A stretch of 20,000 bases of DNA from an uncultured virus (IMG/VR IMGVR_UViG_3300024252_000008) (Duplodnaviria > Heunggongvirae > Uroviricota > Caudoviricetes > Schitoviridae). Under the pieces are notes generated by a model that saw nothing but the letters and a program-made list of their open reading frames with translations, was not told where the DNA came from and did no database searches. The stretch is taken from IMG/VR virus record IMGVR_UViG_3300024252_000008, one strand, 5' to 3'. Below are positions 9,601 to 18,304 of the stretch, in pieces. The translations under genes were made by a program, and so were the position numbers. Position 1 is the first letter of the stretch. Each line of letters begins with the position of its first letter.

Positions 9601-12600
9601 TTAAAAATACTGGAATTTCTTTTGCTGAAGATAAAGAATTAGCAGAAGAGTATGGAAATCGGTATTCTAAAAATCCTTTTATTATACAAATAAATATTGA
9701 TTATCTTGATAAAATCTTTCCTTTAAATAGACAAGGTGGAACTGCTGTTACTGATGAAAGAGTAGTAGGTGATGAACGGGAACAAAGGATTGTTACAAAA
9801 AAAGATATTATCATACCTAAAGGACAGTATTCTGTTTCAAAAAAGAATATTAAGTATGATCATAGTACTACAGCTACTTCTGTTTTAATGGATGAGTTGG
9901 ATAAAGAAAATTACGAAGGAGATATTTCTGAGCATCTTCGTTATGGTGAAGTTGCTCAAGGATACGCAAGTAATGAACAAGAGTATTATGATAGTATTAA
10001 ACAAGAATTAAAAAATAGAAATTTTTCAGAGACTGATTTTGCTTTTATTTCGAATAACCCTATAACAACAGATCCTGATAGTATAATGGAAGCTTTAGGT
10101 ATTGATCCTAAAACTAATAAATGGAAAAATTCTTATAATACAGAATATCAAAATCGCAGAAAACAATTATATGAAAAAACAGCTTCTGAAAAACATACAC
10201 CCTTAGCTGAACAATTAACTGATAAAACAGGTATTGATAGAGAATCTCTTACCCCAGGTAACACAAATAATACTGATTTAGCCAATAACAGATTATGGGT
10301 TAATACGCTTAGAGCTTTTTTTAAACCAATTTATGGTAAAGCCGGCCCTAAGAGTTTATTAAATAAGATTCCTGATTTTGTTGCAGCAATGCGTAAAAAG
10401 ATATTATCTAAAAATCATTCTTTAAATCCAGATCAGGAAAAAGCAGCAATTGCTTTAATGAAGTTTAATAAAGAATTCTCTGCTACATTACTTAAAACTT
10501 TTAAACCAAAAGCAAATGAAAAATTCTTTTATGAAGATGCTGTTAATTATTTTAGAGTTAATGGTGAACTAAATCCTAACTTTCTTATGGCCATGTCAGC
10601 TACTGCTTGGAAGTGGTTAGCAACTCAAGGTCCTAAAACCTTAATAAATGATGACAAAAGTATTCGTAAAATATTTAATCTTAAAGAGAGTCAGGAAATC
10701 TCTGAAGATGTTAGAGCTTTGGTTAGTCGTATTGGCGCCTCCAAAGATTATTTGAGTGGAACGCTGGGTAAAGATGTTATTAAGATGTTTGAGATCAAGG
10801 CTACTCAAGATATTGGTGTATTTGACCGAGAGCTCATTGAACAAGATCTTGGTACTCTGTTATTGGCTACATTAGATCGTATGGGTCGAGTAGAGCGTAC
10901 TCAAGTTAATGCCGGAAGAATACCCAGTACTCCTGTAAAAACAGAAAAGATTACTTTAGGATTCTATGGTTTACGTAATCATATGTTAAATACTCCACAA
11001 GCTCCACTCTCTCCTCAATTAATAAATACTTTTATTCTTCCTGATCAAAGACTAGATGTAGCCAAAGAAGATGTTATAGACAGAAAAAACACTACTAAAG
11101 TAGATTTCTTTCGTATTGCTAGTAAGGTTGTTACATTAAAAGATGGGACTTCATTTGAAGCCTTAACAAATGCAAATACCCAGACACGAACAGATTATGA
11201 ATATGGTAAAGGTGTCTGGGAACAATTATTTAAATTAACAGCAGATCCGTTAGACTACTCTTTTACCAAACCCACCTGGGAAAATGATAAAGAAAAGTGG
11301 CCATTGGCCAGAACAAGTGAATTTGCAACAATCCCTCAAACCAATAATTTAAAACAATATATTGAACAACCTTATGGATTATCCCATGGTGTTATGAATA
11401 TATTTACTTTTCTGACTAATGCTGGACAGAGAACTGCAGCTGGTGCAGTAAACATTAATGATGCAACACATGACCGACATAAACACAGAGAGAGTATTAA
11501 TCGTAAAATTGAACTTGATCTGGATGCAGTACGCTTCTGGTTACACAATGCTAAAAAAGAAACAGCTAAGTATGCTTCTAATTTCTTTATACAATCTTAT
11601 TTTATTGCTACTGGACGAATGCAACAAGCAGGTCCTATTCAACCACAAAATAGTATGACCCATAGATTTCTGTTTAAAAATAAAGCTTGGGAAGCCACTT
11701 TTGATAAATCAGATGAACAAGTAGTTGAATTATTTAAAGCAGCAGTAGGCCTCTCATTAGGAGTGGATCCTACTAAAGAAGCATCTATGGCTATAGTGCA
11801 ACAAAAAACAACTGATATTTTAGAAAGTCCAGTAATACAATCTGCTTTAGCTGCTATTGATGTATTCCTATCAGCCGCAGAACAGCATACTGAGTACTCA
11901 CCAGATGAGATGGTAGCCTTACGTAAAGCTCAACCAGACTTAGAGGCTGATATTTTAGCCGGTATTAAAGAAGGTGGCGAAGACCTTCATACTTTAAAAG
12001 GTCTTCTTGAGTACCAAAGATTTCAAAGAGCAGGTGCTGGTAAATTTACTACTTCTCTTCCAGTAGAGATTGATGGTCAGGCAAATGGACCAACTATTGG
12101 CGGTATCCAGTTATTATTAAGTTTACCCACTATAAAGAATTTAGGTATTGCAGCCAGTGAAGGTATGGTGTTTACTGAGAATCCTGTAGAAACAGATACT
12201 GTTCCTTATGATCCTTACCAATCTATTGGGGCCGGTTGGGGCGCTTTAGTGAACCAATTAAAAAAGACTATGATCGCTGCTAAGGATACTGCAACTTATA
12301 AACGCATGGAAGCTGCAGAATTCTTATTAGGAAAACTTACAGATAGTAAAGGCTTCTTAGATAAGGCTGTACGTAAATTAGCTAAGAATAGAGCTGTAGG
12401 TGCTTTATATGGCTCCGGTCATGGTAAGATTAAACGAGGTTTAGTCATTACAATAATTGAAGATGGTATTAAAGCTAAGTTAGAAAAGATTTTAGAAGAC
12501 CCTACTCGTCCAGCTGCAGCTGATGAATTAAGAGAACTTGTTCGTTACACTAATACTTTAGCTAATAACCCAAAAGCATTATTTATTCCTGCCAATATTG

Positions 12601-15600
12601 CTGGTGTTGAAGGAAATTTAAATAAAGAAGCTTTATTAAAGATTAAACTTAATCCCAGTATCTATGAAGATATTGCTGCTTTTACTAATAAATACCATGG
12701 TAAGGCCTTAACTCAGGCTATAGATAAAATCTATGGAGACATACAACAAGCCAGGACTCCATTGAATAAAGCTATTACAATTGCTGCTGCTTTTTACAAT
12801 GCTGCGCAGAAAATGTTAGTTCAAGAGCATGTTGCTAAATTTGGTAGTGTAATGACCCAAGAGCAGTTACAACAAATTCGTGATAGAATAAAGAAAATCT
12901 TTCCTGTTTTAAAATCTTCTTTAGGTGGGAAAGTTCCTTTAGCTGAATTTGCTACAAATCTTGAATATACTACTGCTGTAGAAGGAACCTCTACTCAGTC
13001 TTATCAACCAGATGGTAGTAATGTACATTACCAGCCAATGCATAATAGAGCAAAGAAACTCAGTACACTAGGAGATCCCAGTGTAAAACCGGTTATTATA
13101 AGTGTGCAAAATTATGATTCTAGTTCTGCTAATAGAGCAATGGGCAATAACCAGGGAGTTGGTGTATTAGGAGTTCATGATGGTTTTTATGTTGCCATTA
13201 CCAATGGTGGCGCAATGGGTCAAATTATAAATAAAAGCCTCTATACCGATATGTCTTTGGACAGTATACCTGAAAAAATTGTAGAAGCCTTTACCACTTC
13301 CATAGAAGCTTTTACAGAATTCGCAAATGAAAACCCTGCCCGAGAAGAAAAGAAAGACAGAGTACTTCAAAAAGTTTTTAAAGAAATGGGTTTAACAGAA
13401 GGTGTTTCTTCTTACAACAATAAAACTTGGACTAAATCAGTACAGCAAGTAGTGGATGAAACAGTAAATGGTGTTCCTGAGAAAGGTAAACGTAAAAAGA
13501 AATTTGGTATTAAGGAAATTGTAAGAGTAACCAAAATAAATAAAGCCAGAGTTCTGAATGCAGTTACTGCTTTTAACCATTATTTTCATAGAGATGGTGC
13601 ATGGAAAACTGGTAATGCTCCTCAAACCAGTATAGGTGGTGTAAATATAGTAGAAACAAAAACAGAGCCTGGTTTGTACTCACAAGCAACAATTAACCAA
13701 CAAGCTCTTGCTGATTATAATCTTTCTGTACAAGAACTGGAAGAAGCTTTTATTGCTGAGATGCTTAAAGAAGATTCGAACGATTCTCTTGGTTCAAAAG
13801 ATGATTCCACTCTTTCCATTGATCCAGCTAAATATGGCAGGGCTCAGGAAATAAGCAGTAAGAATGTATTAGAGGTTTACAATGACATTAAGGGTGAAAG
13901 CACTGTAACAGACAGTGTACAGCATGATAATCACCTGCAACGAATTCTAAAGACTTTGATACATTCAGTGTTCCAGCCGGTTGATCTGTATATGAAAACT
14001 AATCCTTATGCTGAACCAGAAGGAAAATTTGTATCCCAGACTCGTCAGGTCTTTATGACTAATCAAATTGCAGCCCCAATAACTGGGGCCCTAAATAATG
14101 GTATCCGGATGTCTTCTGGTGAAGTATACACCCATGAATTATTACATCCGGTACTTGAAGCTGGTTTACGCCTTAATGCAAGATTAGGTGCTCAAGTGGA
14201 TACCTTATATGAACTGGCTTACCGAAAGCTTGATTATAGAGCTTTTTTAAACGACCCAACTGTAAATGCTGCTTGGTTGAATGATCCTGCAAATCAATAT
14301 GAAATTGAAGCTGCCCAGAAAAGATATAATTATATCTTTCGTAACACCAGGACTGCTGCTCAACGCAAAGCATCTGAACAAACAGACACTGCAACAAAGA
14401 TTACCCGGGAATCAGGACACTCTCCCCATTTAGCTGAATTTGTTATTCTTGGTTTAACTAATGAAAATTTCTTGAAAGCTTTATCTGGTATAGCACTACC
14501 TGAAAGAATGTATACAACCAGTACTTGGTCAGATATTCAGGCAGGTAATATCCAACAGACTCTTCTTAATATTGCTCAAAAGATATTTGATTTCTTTTAC
14601 AGTAAATTTAATGCCAGTAAAAATGACTTAAGAATGGATCGAGAACTAGAGCGCTTAGCCATTCTACTTTCTAAAATAGACTCGAACCATAAAAATAAAT
14701 TATTTGAAACCCAAAGTAAATTTGAACAACAATACAGAAAAGTAGCTGATCTCTCTAATAAGTATATCAAGAAAGCTGCTACTTCAGGGCCTTTAAAAAT
14801 TGTTAAAGGTTTAAAGACTGCAGTTAAAACCCATAAAGATAAAGACTCTTTAGCTGGTGATCAGCTACGAAAGATGACTAATGATTATGATAGACTGGAG
14901 TATGGGTTATTTAAATCTTTAGTTACAGAATTAAGAGGACGTACTGACCGACTTGCCCCAATATATCAATTACTGAACAGAAGAGGAGTTTGGTTGGACA
15001 GTGCTAAAGAATTTACTATTGCACAGTACTCCGGTATAGCAGGTAAACTGTTTACTAAGTTCCGGGATCCAAAGCAAACCAAACTTACTGATGCAGAAAA
15101 AGTAGTAGTAACTAAAATTGGTTTAAAGCCTGATACAGTTGCTTTATTAGATTCTCTTAGTATGGATGGAATTAGTAAAGTTTTAGGTGATCCAAATGAA
15201 TTAAGAAAAGCAATCAATAATGTACTTAACCAAATTAAAACTGATACAGCTCTAGCGCCTCATTTAACTTATTATAAGCAAGCAGCCGATGCCATGGGGC
15301 ATTTTATGATTCATAGTAGAGGCAGAACAGGTGAAGAGGTTTTTCAGAATGCCCTGGTTATTGCTGAAATGAAAGCTAGAGATGATGTAACAGTTCCATT
15401 AACAGCCGCTGAGGTTTTAAGGGCTGAAGAACTAATTAATCAACTTGGTTCACTATATGCTTTGCAACATACCGATAAAGCTTCCAGGCAGGTATTTAAA
15501 GAATTAATTGATACTGATCCTGAAGGAGTTAATAAATTCTTTGAATTACATCAAGTTCTTAAAGAGGACTCTTTACAGAAAGCTTTTAACGGAGATGAGC

Positions 15601-17426
15601 GTAAATTTATTAAAGGGTATACTAAAGAAATCGTTAATACCCGTACTAATTACCAATATGGTACTTTAGCTGAAGAAGAGGAACTTGCACAAATAGGCTA
15701 TAGTAGAAGTGAATTTCCTATTGATCGGGATGAGGCAGATCCATTAAAACATATAGACATTTATGTGTACACTGCTCAAACGGGTCGTATAAATGATTTA
15801 CTATCAACTATTTTCTCTTATACCGGTAACAGAGGTAAAGGTACTGATCCACTTACAATAGCTCAGCAAATGGATATATCCACTAAAGAAGGTAAAAAGA
15901 ATAATGCTAAAATAATTAAATATAAAGCAAAGATAATTCGTGATATGGCTAATCCTAATATTAAGCCTGAATTAAAACCAAGTAATCAGATGATTCCACA
16001 AGTTGATGAAAATGGAATTACCACAAAATACAGATACATGATGGCTGAAACTACTAAAGATAATTTTTTAGAAAAAGTTAATGAGTATGATAAAATCATG
16101 GGTGCCATGGCTGGGCAGATAATTGATAAAGAAAGGACACCAATAATTAATGAAGAACTAATTGTCCTTTTAAAAGATATGTTTGATGCTGATTACCAGA
16201 GTAATCCTGGAGGTTTCATAGAAATTGGGCCCAACTCACCTGACCCAAAACTAAGAGACATATACCATATGATGCCAGATAAAGCCAAACAAACTGTTGA
16301 CACAGTTTGGGGCGGACCCTCAATGTTTATTCCTAAAGACGTGTTAGATATTTCTTTTGGTTACCGGCAGTACAACATAGTGGAGTCCTTTGCAAAGAAT
16401 CCTGAAGATAGAGCTAAACTAGAAAGACTTCTTATTGGCATAGTGAGTCTGTTTGGTGGAGAGGTAAAAGGAGTACGCCGAGCACATACTTTAGAAGGGG
16501 CTATGATTGAGTTGGCCAAACTTGCTAAGAATAATATTATAGTAAGGTCTCTATCAGTTACATTAAATAACTTTGGCAGTAACTTATTTGTACTTAGAAG
16601 CAAAGGAATACCTTTTAATGTTATAATTAAATCAGCTTGGGAAGCTTTCTCTATGGGACTCAAATACCAAGCTGATATACAGAAATTAGCTGATCTTGAA
16701 GTAAAACGTAGAATGCTGGCTAAACGTAAAGGTGCTGCTCCTCAGTCATTACTTGACTTGGATAACCAAATAATGCGTCTTAAAAATACTATTGAAATTA
16801 ACCCAACAACAAAAACCATTGAAGCAGGTCTAATGCCTCAGTTTATTGATGATGTTAATACTACTATTTCTGGTTCAAATTTTCCAAGTGAATTTGAGAA
16901 GGGAGTTACTAAGCTAACAGATAAGCTACCTCAGATCGTGCAGAACGTAGGAAAGGTTACGTTTCTGACTCAAGACACCCAAGCATACCAGGTTCTTAAC
17001 AATGCCGTTAAAATGACCGATTTTGTAGCAAGACACGTGTTGTACCATTATTACACTTCAAGTGCCCGGGGTGATGAACAGATGTCTCATGAAGAAGCAG
17101 TTGCCGAAGCAATAGAAGAATTTGTTAATTTTGCAGTCCCAACCCACCGTATGGTGGAATACTTAAATAGTATCGGCTTGCTACGCTTTACAAAATATGC
17201 GATAAGAATACTTAAAGTAATTAAAAATAATGCAATGGATAAACCGTTTGATGTAGCTGCAGCTTTATTTTTATCTACACATATAGGTGCAGATAATATT
17301 AATAATTCTATCCCAGGAGTAACAAAGAATATGTTTTCAAATTTTGGTAATCCTTTCAGTTTCTTTGTAGACTCGGTTGATAGCATACTTCCAGTTAATT
17401 ATTTAAAAATGTTTTTTAGTAAATAA
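6615..17426 (+). CDS. Virion-encapsidated RNA polymerase (N4 gp50-like vRNAP), multidomain
   Basis: 3603 aa, no Cys seen. GR motif (YFIATGRMQQAGPIQPQ), motif A (PVEIDGQANGP, D1820, nt 12072), motif B (RKLAKNRAVGALYGSG, R1920/K1924/Y1932), motif C (GVHDG, D2189, nt 13179), and a C-terminal HELLH (nt 14133-14147). Size and position match N4 vRNAP. Confidence 0.96.
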   Translation: MFDPELAPQKGIDLQNTLQAKIDILNSKTAEKQFDTATMEAQLRSSVNTFQEPNQPLIPYKETLPEAAARGVVESVKGIPMLASGVVAGGALVAEKIVGEGGIATKIKEAAAGKYHKIEQDIGVGAQPEDSFTYSYEKAKEGDWKALVSWFSHGSGYVAGQLTSLLVGSGIIKTGVELTGKKAISKLMGGLVKKEADRIAKQQLITQGAKVTTENIAKVAATDSVSKLAISSVTSKAGTHIGMASAGFGLEGGEIFGTLSQEADVTWKQIQKAGIATGLAGAVEYLDLLFNVKALKGGLSTIGGLGKKVSGVAGKATRVGVTAGKVAPVEFAEEYAQTAIEQWGTGKNPFSAESRKEQFDAGMLGSLGGPVTSVGGVFTRSEQEQQESTERKAERKALRVKANPKAQLGYEDKLSAAVETEDISMHKDNPVLAAEALQQINQKKDLDPSVKITNHDKAIEIHNAVDAEFQEQIKEVQKYQAIKEERELTKEEGELAVSAMKQAMASKAIIDQIVPVIDSMGREETASPEKLKEVKTILKGSDSVKIQEAILTVFGSKGDFTDADINEVLNNPKIDDITKVKFKRILSYQKSAKATLEGQKSPINKTSVQVNQDIINGRIKDKFKGIKGYLQSIAIATQNKDTKLAKSQLSDLQAFTERHAIKADLFRRLQDAVIKAKAKTTEEQEAVIKTFSAADQKFLEQLNTERASIGYNADYDFNTNFEASIQSMEREADSLSEALSVAQDMITPPQAQPTAEKVVQSETEEEEISAATAEDVSSEEVGSNEQPLSAEQEITSLVKTNKGKWVTVDFPKYTGTFKAQVTGNVIPDSFSIVNGVKTVTGYSIEIKTNTGKVLTATAQELGLKAYKTDQDIETTTPVQEDFVVEEEDTFFGQDESETFLTLEEMTKAELQTLYQNTEKTNTDRRQEIEAVLRTKHATEKKPKKEDGSKPEENADDASAFSESEPSEKTLFRGQEEAPYIDDKGNLVLTPTHDSLFKNTGISFAEDKELAEEYGNRYSKNPFIIQINIDYLDKIFPLNRQGGTAVTDERVVGDEREQRIVTKKDIIIPKGQYSVSKKNIKYDHSTTATSVLMDELDKENYEGDISEHLRYGEVAQGYASNEQEYYDSIKQELKNRNFSETDFAFISNNPITTDPDSIMEALGIDPKTNKWKNSYNTEYQNRRKQLYEKTASEKHTPLAEQLTDKTGIDRESLTPGNTNNTDLANNRLWVNTLRAFFKPIYGKAGPKSLLNKIPDFVAAMRKKILSKNHSLNPDQEKAAIALMKFNKEFSATLLKTFKPKANEKFFYEDAVNYFRVNGELNPNFLMAMSATAWKWLATQGPKTLINDDKSIRKIFNLKESQEISEDVRALVSRIGASKDYLSGTLGKDVIKMFEIKATQDIGVFDRELIEQDLGTLLLATLDRMGRVERTQVNAGRIPSTPVKTEKITLGFYGLRNHMLNTPQAPLSPQLINTFILPDQRLDVAKEDVIDRKNTTKVDFFRIASKVVTLKDGTSFEALTNANTQTRTDYEYGKGVWEQLFKLTADPLDYSFTKPTWENDKEKWPLARTSEFATIPQTNNLKQYIEQPYGLSHGVMNIFTFLTNAGQRTAAGAVNINDATHDRHKHRESINRKIELDLDAVRFWLHNAKKETAKYASNFFIQSYFIATGRMQQAGPIQPQNSMTHRFLFKNKAWEATFDKSDEQVVELFKAAVGLSLGVDPTKEASMAIVQQKTTDILESPVIQSALAAIDVFLSAAEQHTEYSPDEMVALRKAQPDLEADILAGIKEGGEDLHTLKGLLEYQRFQRAGAGKFTTSLPVEIDGQANGPTIGGIQLLLSLPTIKNLGIAASEGMVFTENPVETDTVPYDPYQSIGAGWGALVNQLKKTMIAAKDTATYKRMEAAEFLLGKLTDSKGFLDKAVRKLAKNRAVGALYGSGHGKIKRGLVITIIEDGIKAKLEKILEDPTRPAAADELRELVRYTNTLANNPKALFIPANIAGVEGNLNKEALLKIKLNPSIYEDIAAFTNKYHGKALTQAIDKIYGDIQQARTPLNKAITIAAAFYNAAQKMLVQEHVAKFGSVMTQEQLQQIRDRIKKIFPVLKSSLGGKVPLAEFATNLEYTTAVEGTSTQSYQPDGSNVHYQPMHNRAKKLSTLGDPSVKPVIISVQNYDSSSANRAMGNNQGVGVLGVHDGFYVAITNGGAMGQIINKSLYTDMSLDSIPEKIVEAFTTSIEAFTEFANENPAREEKKDRVLQKVFKEMGLTEGVSSYNNKTWTKSVQQVVDETVNGVPEKGKRKKKFGIKEIVRVTKINKARVLNAVTAFNHYFHRDGAWKTGNAPQTSIGGVNIVETKTEPGLYSQATINQQALADYNLSVQELEEAFIAEMLKEDSNDSLGSKDDSTLSIDPAKYGRAQEISSKNVLEVYNDIKGESTVTDSVQHDNHLQRILKTLIHSVFQPVDLYMKTNPYAEPEGKFVSQTRQVFMTNQIAAPITGALNNGIRMSSGEVYTHELLHPVLEAGLRLNARLGAQVDTLYELAYRKLDYRAFLNDPTVNAAWLNDPANQYEIEAAQKRYNYIFRNTRTAAQRKASEQTDTATKITRESGHSPHLAEFVILGLTNENFLKALSGIALPERMYTTSTWSDIQAGNIQQTLLNIAQKIFDFFYSKFNASKNDLRMDRELERLAILLSKIDSNHKNKLFETQSKFEQQYRKVADLSNKYIKKAATSGPLKIVKGLKTAVKTHKDKDSLAGDQLRKMTNDYDRLEYGLFKSLVTELRGRTDRLAPIYQLLNRRGVWLDSAKEFTIAQYSGIAGKLFTKFRDPKQTKLTDAEKVVVTKIGLKPDTVALLDSLSMDGISKVLGDPNELRKAINNVLNQIKTDTALAPHLTYYKQAADAMGHFMIHSRGRTGEEVFQNALVIAEMKARDDVTVPLTAAEVLRAEELINQLGSLYALQHTDKASRQVFKELIDTDPEGVNKFFELHQVLKEDSLQKAFNGDERKFIKGYTKEIVNTRTNYQYGTLAEEEELAQIGYSRSEFPIDRDEADPLKHIDIYVYTAQTGRINDLLSTIFSYTGNRGKGTDPLTIAQQMDISTKEGKKNNAKIIKYKAKIIRDMANPNIKPELKPSNQMIPQVDENGITTKYRYMMAETTKDNFLEKVNEYDKIMGAMAGQIIDKERTPIINEELIVLLKDMFDADYQSNPGGFIEIGPNSPDPKLRDIYHMMPDKAKQTVDTVWGGPSMFIPKDVLDISFGYRQYNIVESFAKNPEDRAKLERLLIGIVSLFGGEVKGVRRAHTLEGAMIELAKLAKNNIIVRSLSVTLNNFGSNLFVLRSKGIPFNVIIKSAWEAFSMGLKYQADIQKLADLEVKRRMLAKRKGAAPQSLLDLDNQIMRLKNTIEINPTTKTIEAGLMPQFIDDVNTTISGSNFPSEFEKGVTKLTDKLPQIVQNVGKVTFLTQDTQAYQVLNNAVKMTDFVARHVLYHYYTSSARGDEQMSHEEAVAEAIEEFVNFAVPTHRMVEYLNSIGLLRFTKYAIRILKVIKNNAMDKPFDVAAALFLSTHIGADNINNSIPGVTKNMFSNFGNPFSFFVDSVDSILPVNYLKMFFSK
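9510..9850 (+). other. Putative ADP-ribosyltransferase domain (R-S-E class) within the vRNAP
   Basis: TLFRG (R972) ... TGISFAEDKELAEEYG (S1002) ... FIIQI strand ... GDEREQRIV (E1054-x-E1056), in the order and spacing of ART catalytic motifs. Confidence 0.65.
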
Positions 17427-17448
17427 ATTTTAATACATAGGAGTTATT

Positions 17449-18303
17449 ATGGCTGACTCAAAATTAACAGCACTGACAGAAGACACTGCTCCAACAGGCG
17501 ATGATTTAATATATGTAGTCAACGATCCTGGTGGCTCACCATTACAGAAAAAAGTAACTTTAAGTAATGCTTTAGCAAAACCAATTAACACAGCTACCGG
17601 AAAGACAACTCCAGTTGACGCTGATGTTATCGGTATTTCTGATAGTGCTGCTTCTAGTGTTCTTAAGAAACTTACTTGGGCTAATATTAAAGCTACTCTT
17701 AAAACTTATTTAGACACTCTTTATGCTGGAAAAGGCTCTAATACGGACATAACTGGCACAACCGCTCTAACTTCAATCTCAAACGCAGCAGATATCACAA
17801 TCGAATCAACAGGGGCAGGGGTGAACATAAACCTTCACAACGATGCCGGAGATGATTTTGCGGTTGATACTGATAAACTGGTTGTTGAGGGTGATACAGG
17901 CAACGTAGGCATAGGGACTGCGAGTCCAGCCACAGAGTTAGAAGTGAATGGTATAATAACAGGTAGTACAGCATCATTAACACCAGTCACAGACTCAGCA
18001 GCAAATTTCGCAGCGAACTTTACCGGAGCTAATCTTTACGGTGGTACGTTTGTTTGTAACGTAACCGGCACTTGTCAACTCCCGCTAATGGTAGCAGGAA
18101 TGAACTTCACCATTATAACACTCGGAGCAATAGAAGTTATCGTTGATACAAACGCTGCTGACGGATACTTAATGGATGGCACAACAAACGCTGAAGGTAA
18201 GAACCTAACGAACTTGTCAACCGCCGGAGATATAGCGGTCTTTCAATACTACACAGCAGATGATTGGCTTATTACAACTAATGGTTGGACGCCGGAGGTT
18301 TAA
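17449..18303 (+). CDS. Putative tail fibre / virion appendage protein
   Basis: 284 aa, RBS AGGAG, T/A/G/D-rich. Two related N-terminal units (TAPTGDDLIYVVND...KKVTLSN; TTPVDADVIGISDS...KKLTWAN) and a GNVGIGTASPATELEVNG motif common in phage fibre proteins. Confidence 0.6.
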   Translation: MADSKLTALTEDTAPTGDDLIYVVNDPGGSPLQKKVTLSNALAKPINTATGKTTPVDADVIGISDSAASSVLKKLTWANIKATLKTYLDTLYAGKGSNTDITGTTALTSISNAADITIESTGAGVNINLHNDAGDDFAVDTDKLVVEGDTGNVGIGTASPATELEVNGIITGSTASLTPVTDSAANFAANFTGANLYGGTFVCNVTGTCQLPLMVAGMNFTIITLGAIEVIVDTNAADGYLMDGTTNAEGKNLTNLSTAGDIAVFQYYTADDWLITTNGWTPEV

Positions 18304-18304
18304 C

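Noticed and set aside
9510..10193. TCTGAAAAA at 9510-9518 and 10185-10193 as a target-site duplication around the ART-like segment
   Set aside because: A 9-bp A-rich match (SEK codons) is plausible by chance in this composition and cannot be supported without relatives.
6615..17426. Intein or intron explaining vRNAP size
   Set aside because: The frame is continuous, I saw no intein splice or LAGLIDADG motifs, and the length is normal for N4-like vRNAPs.
18260..18304. Longer start of the Gly-rich ORF given in the ORF track
   Set aside because: It overlaps the upstream gene by 44 nt. ATG 18305 directly after the upstream stop is more plausible.
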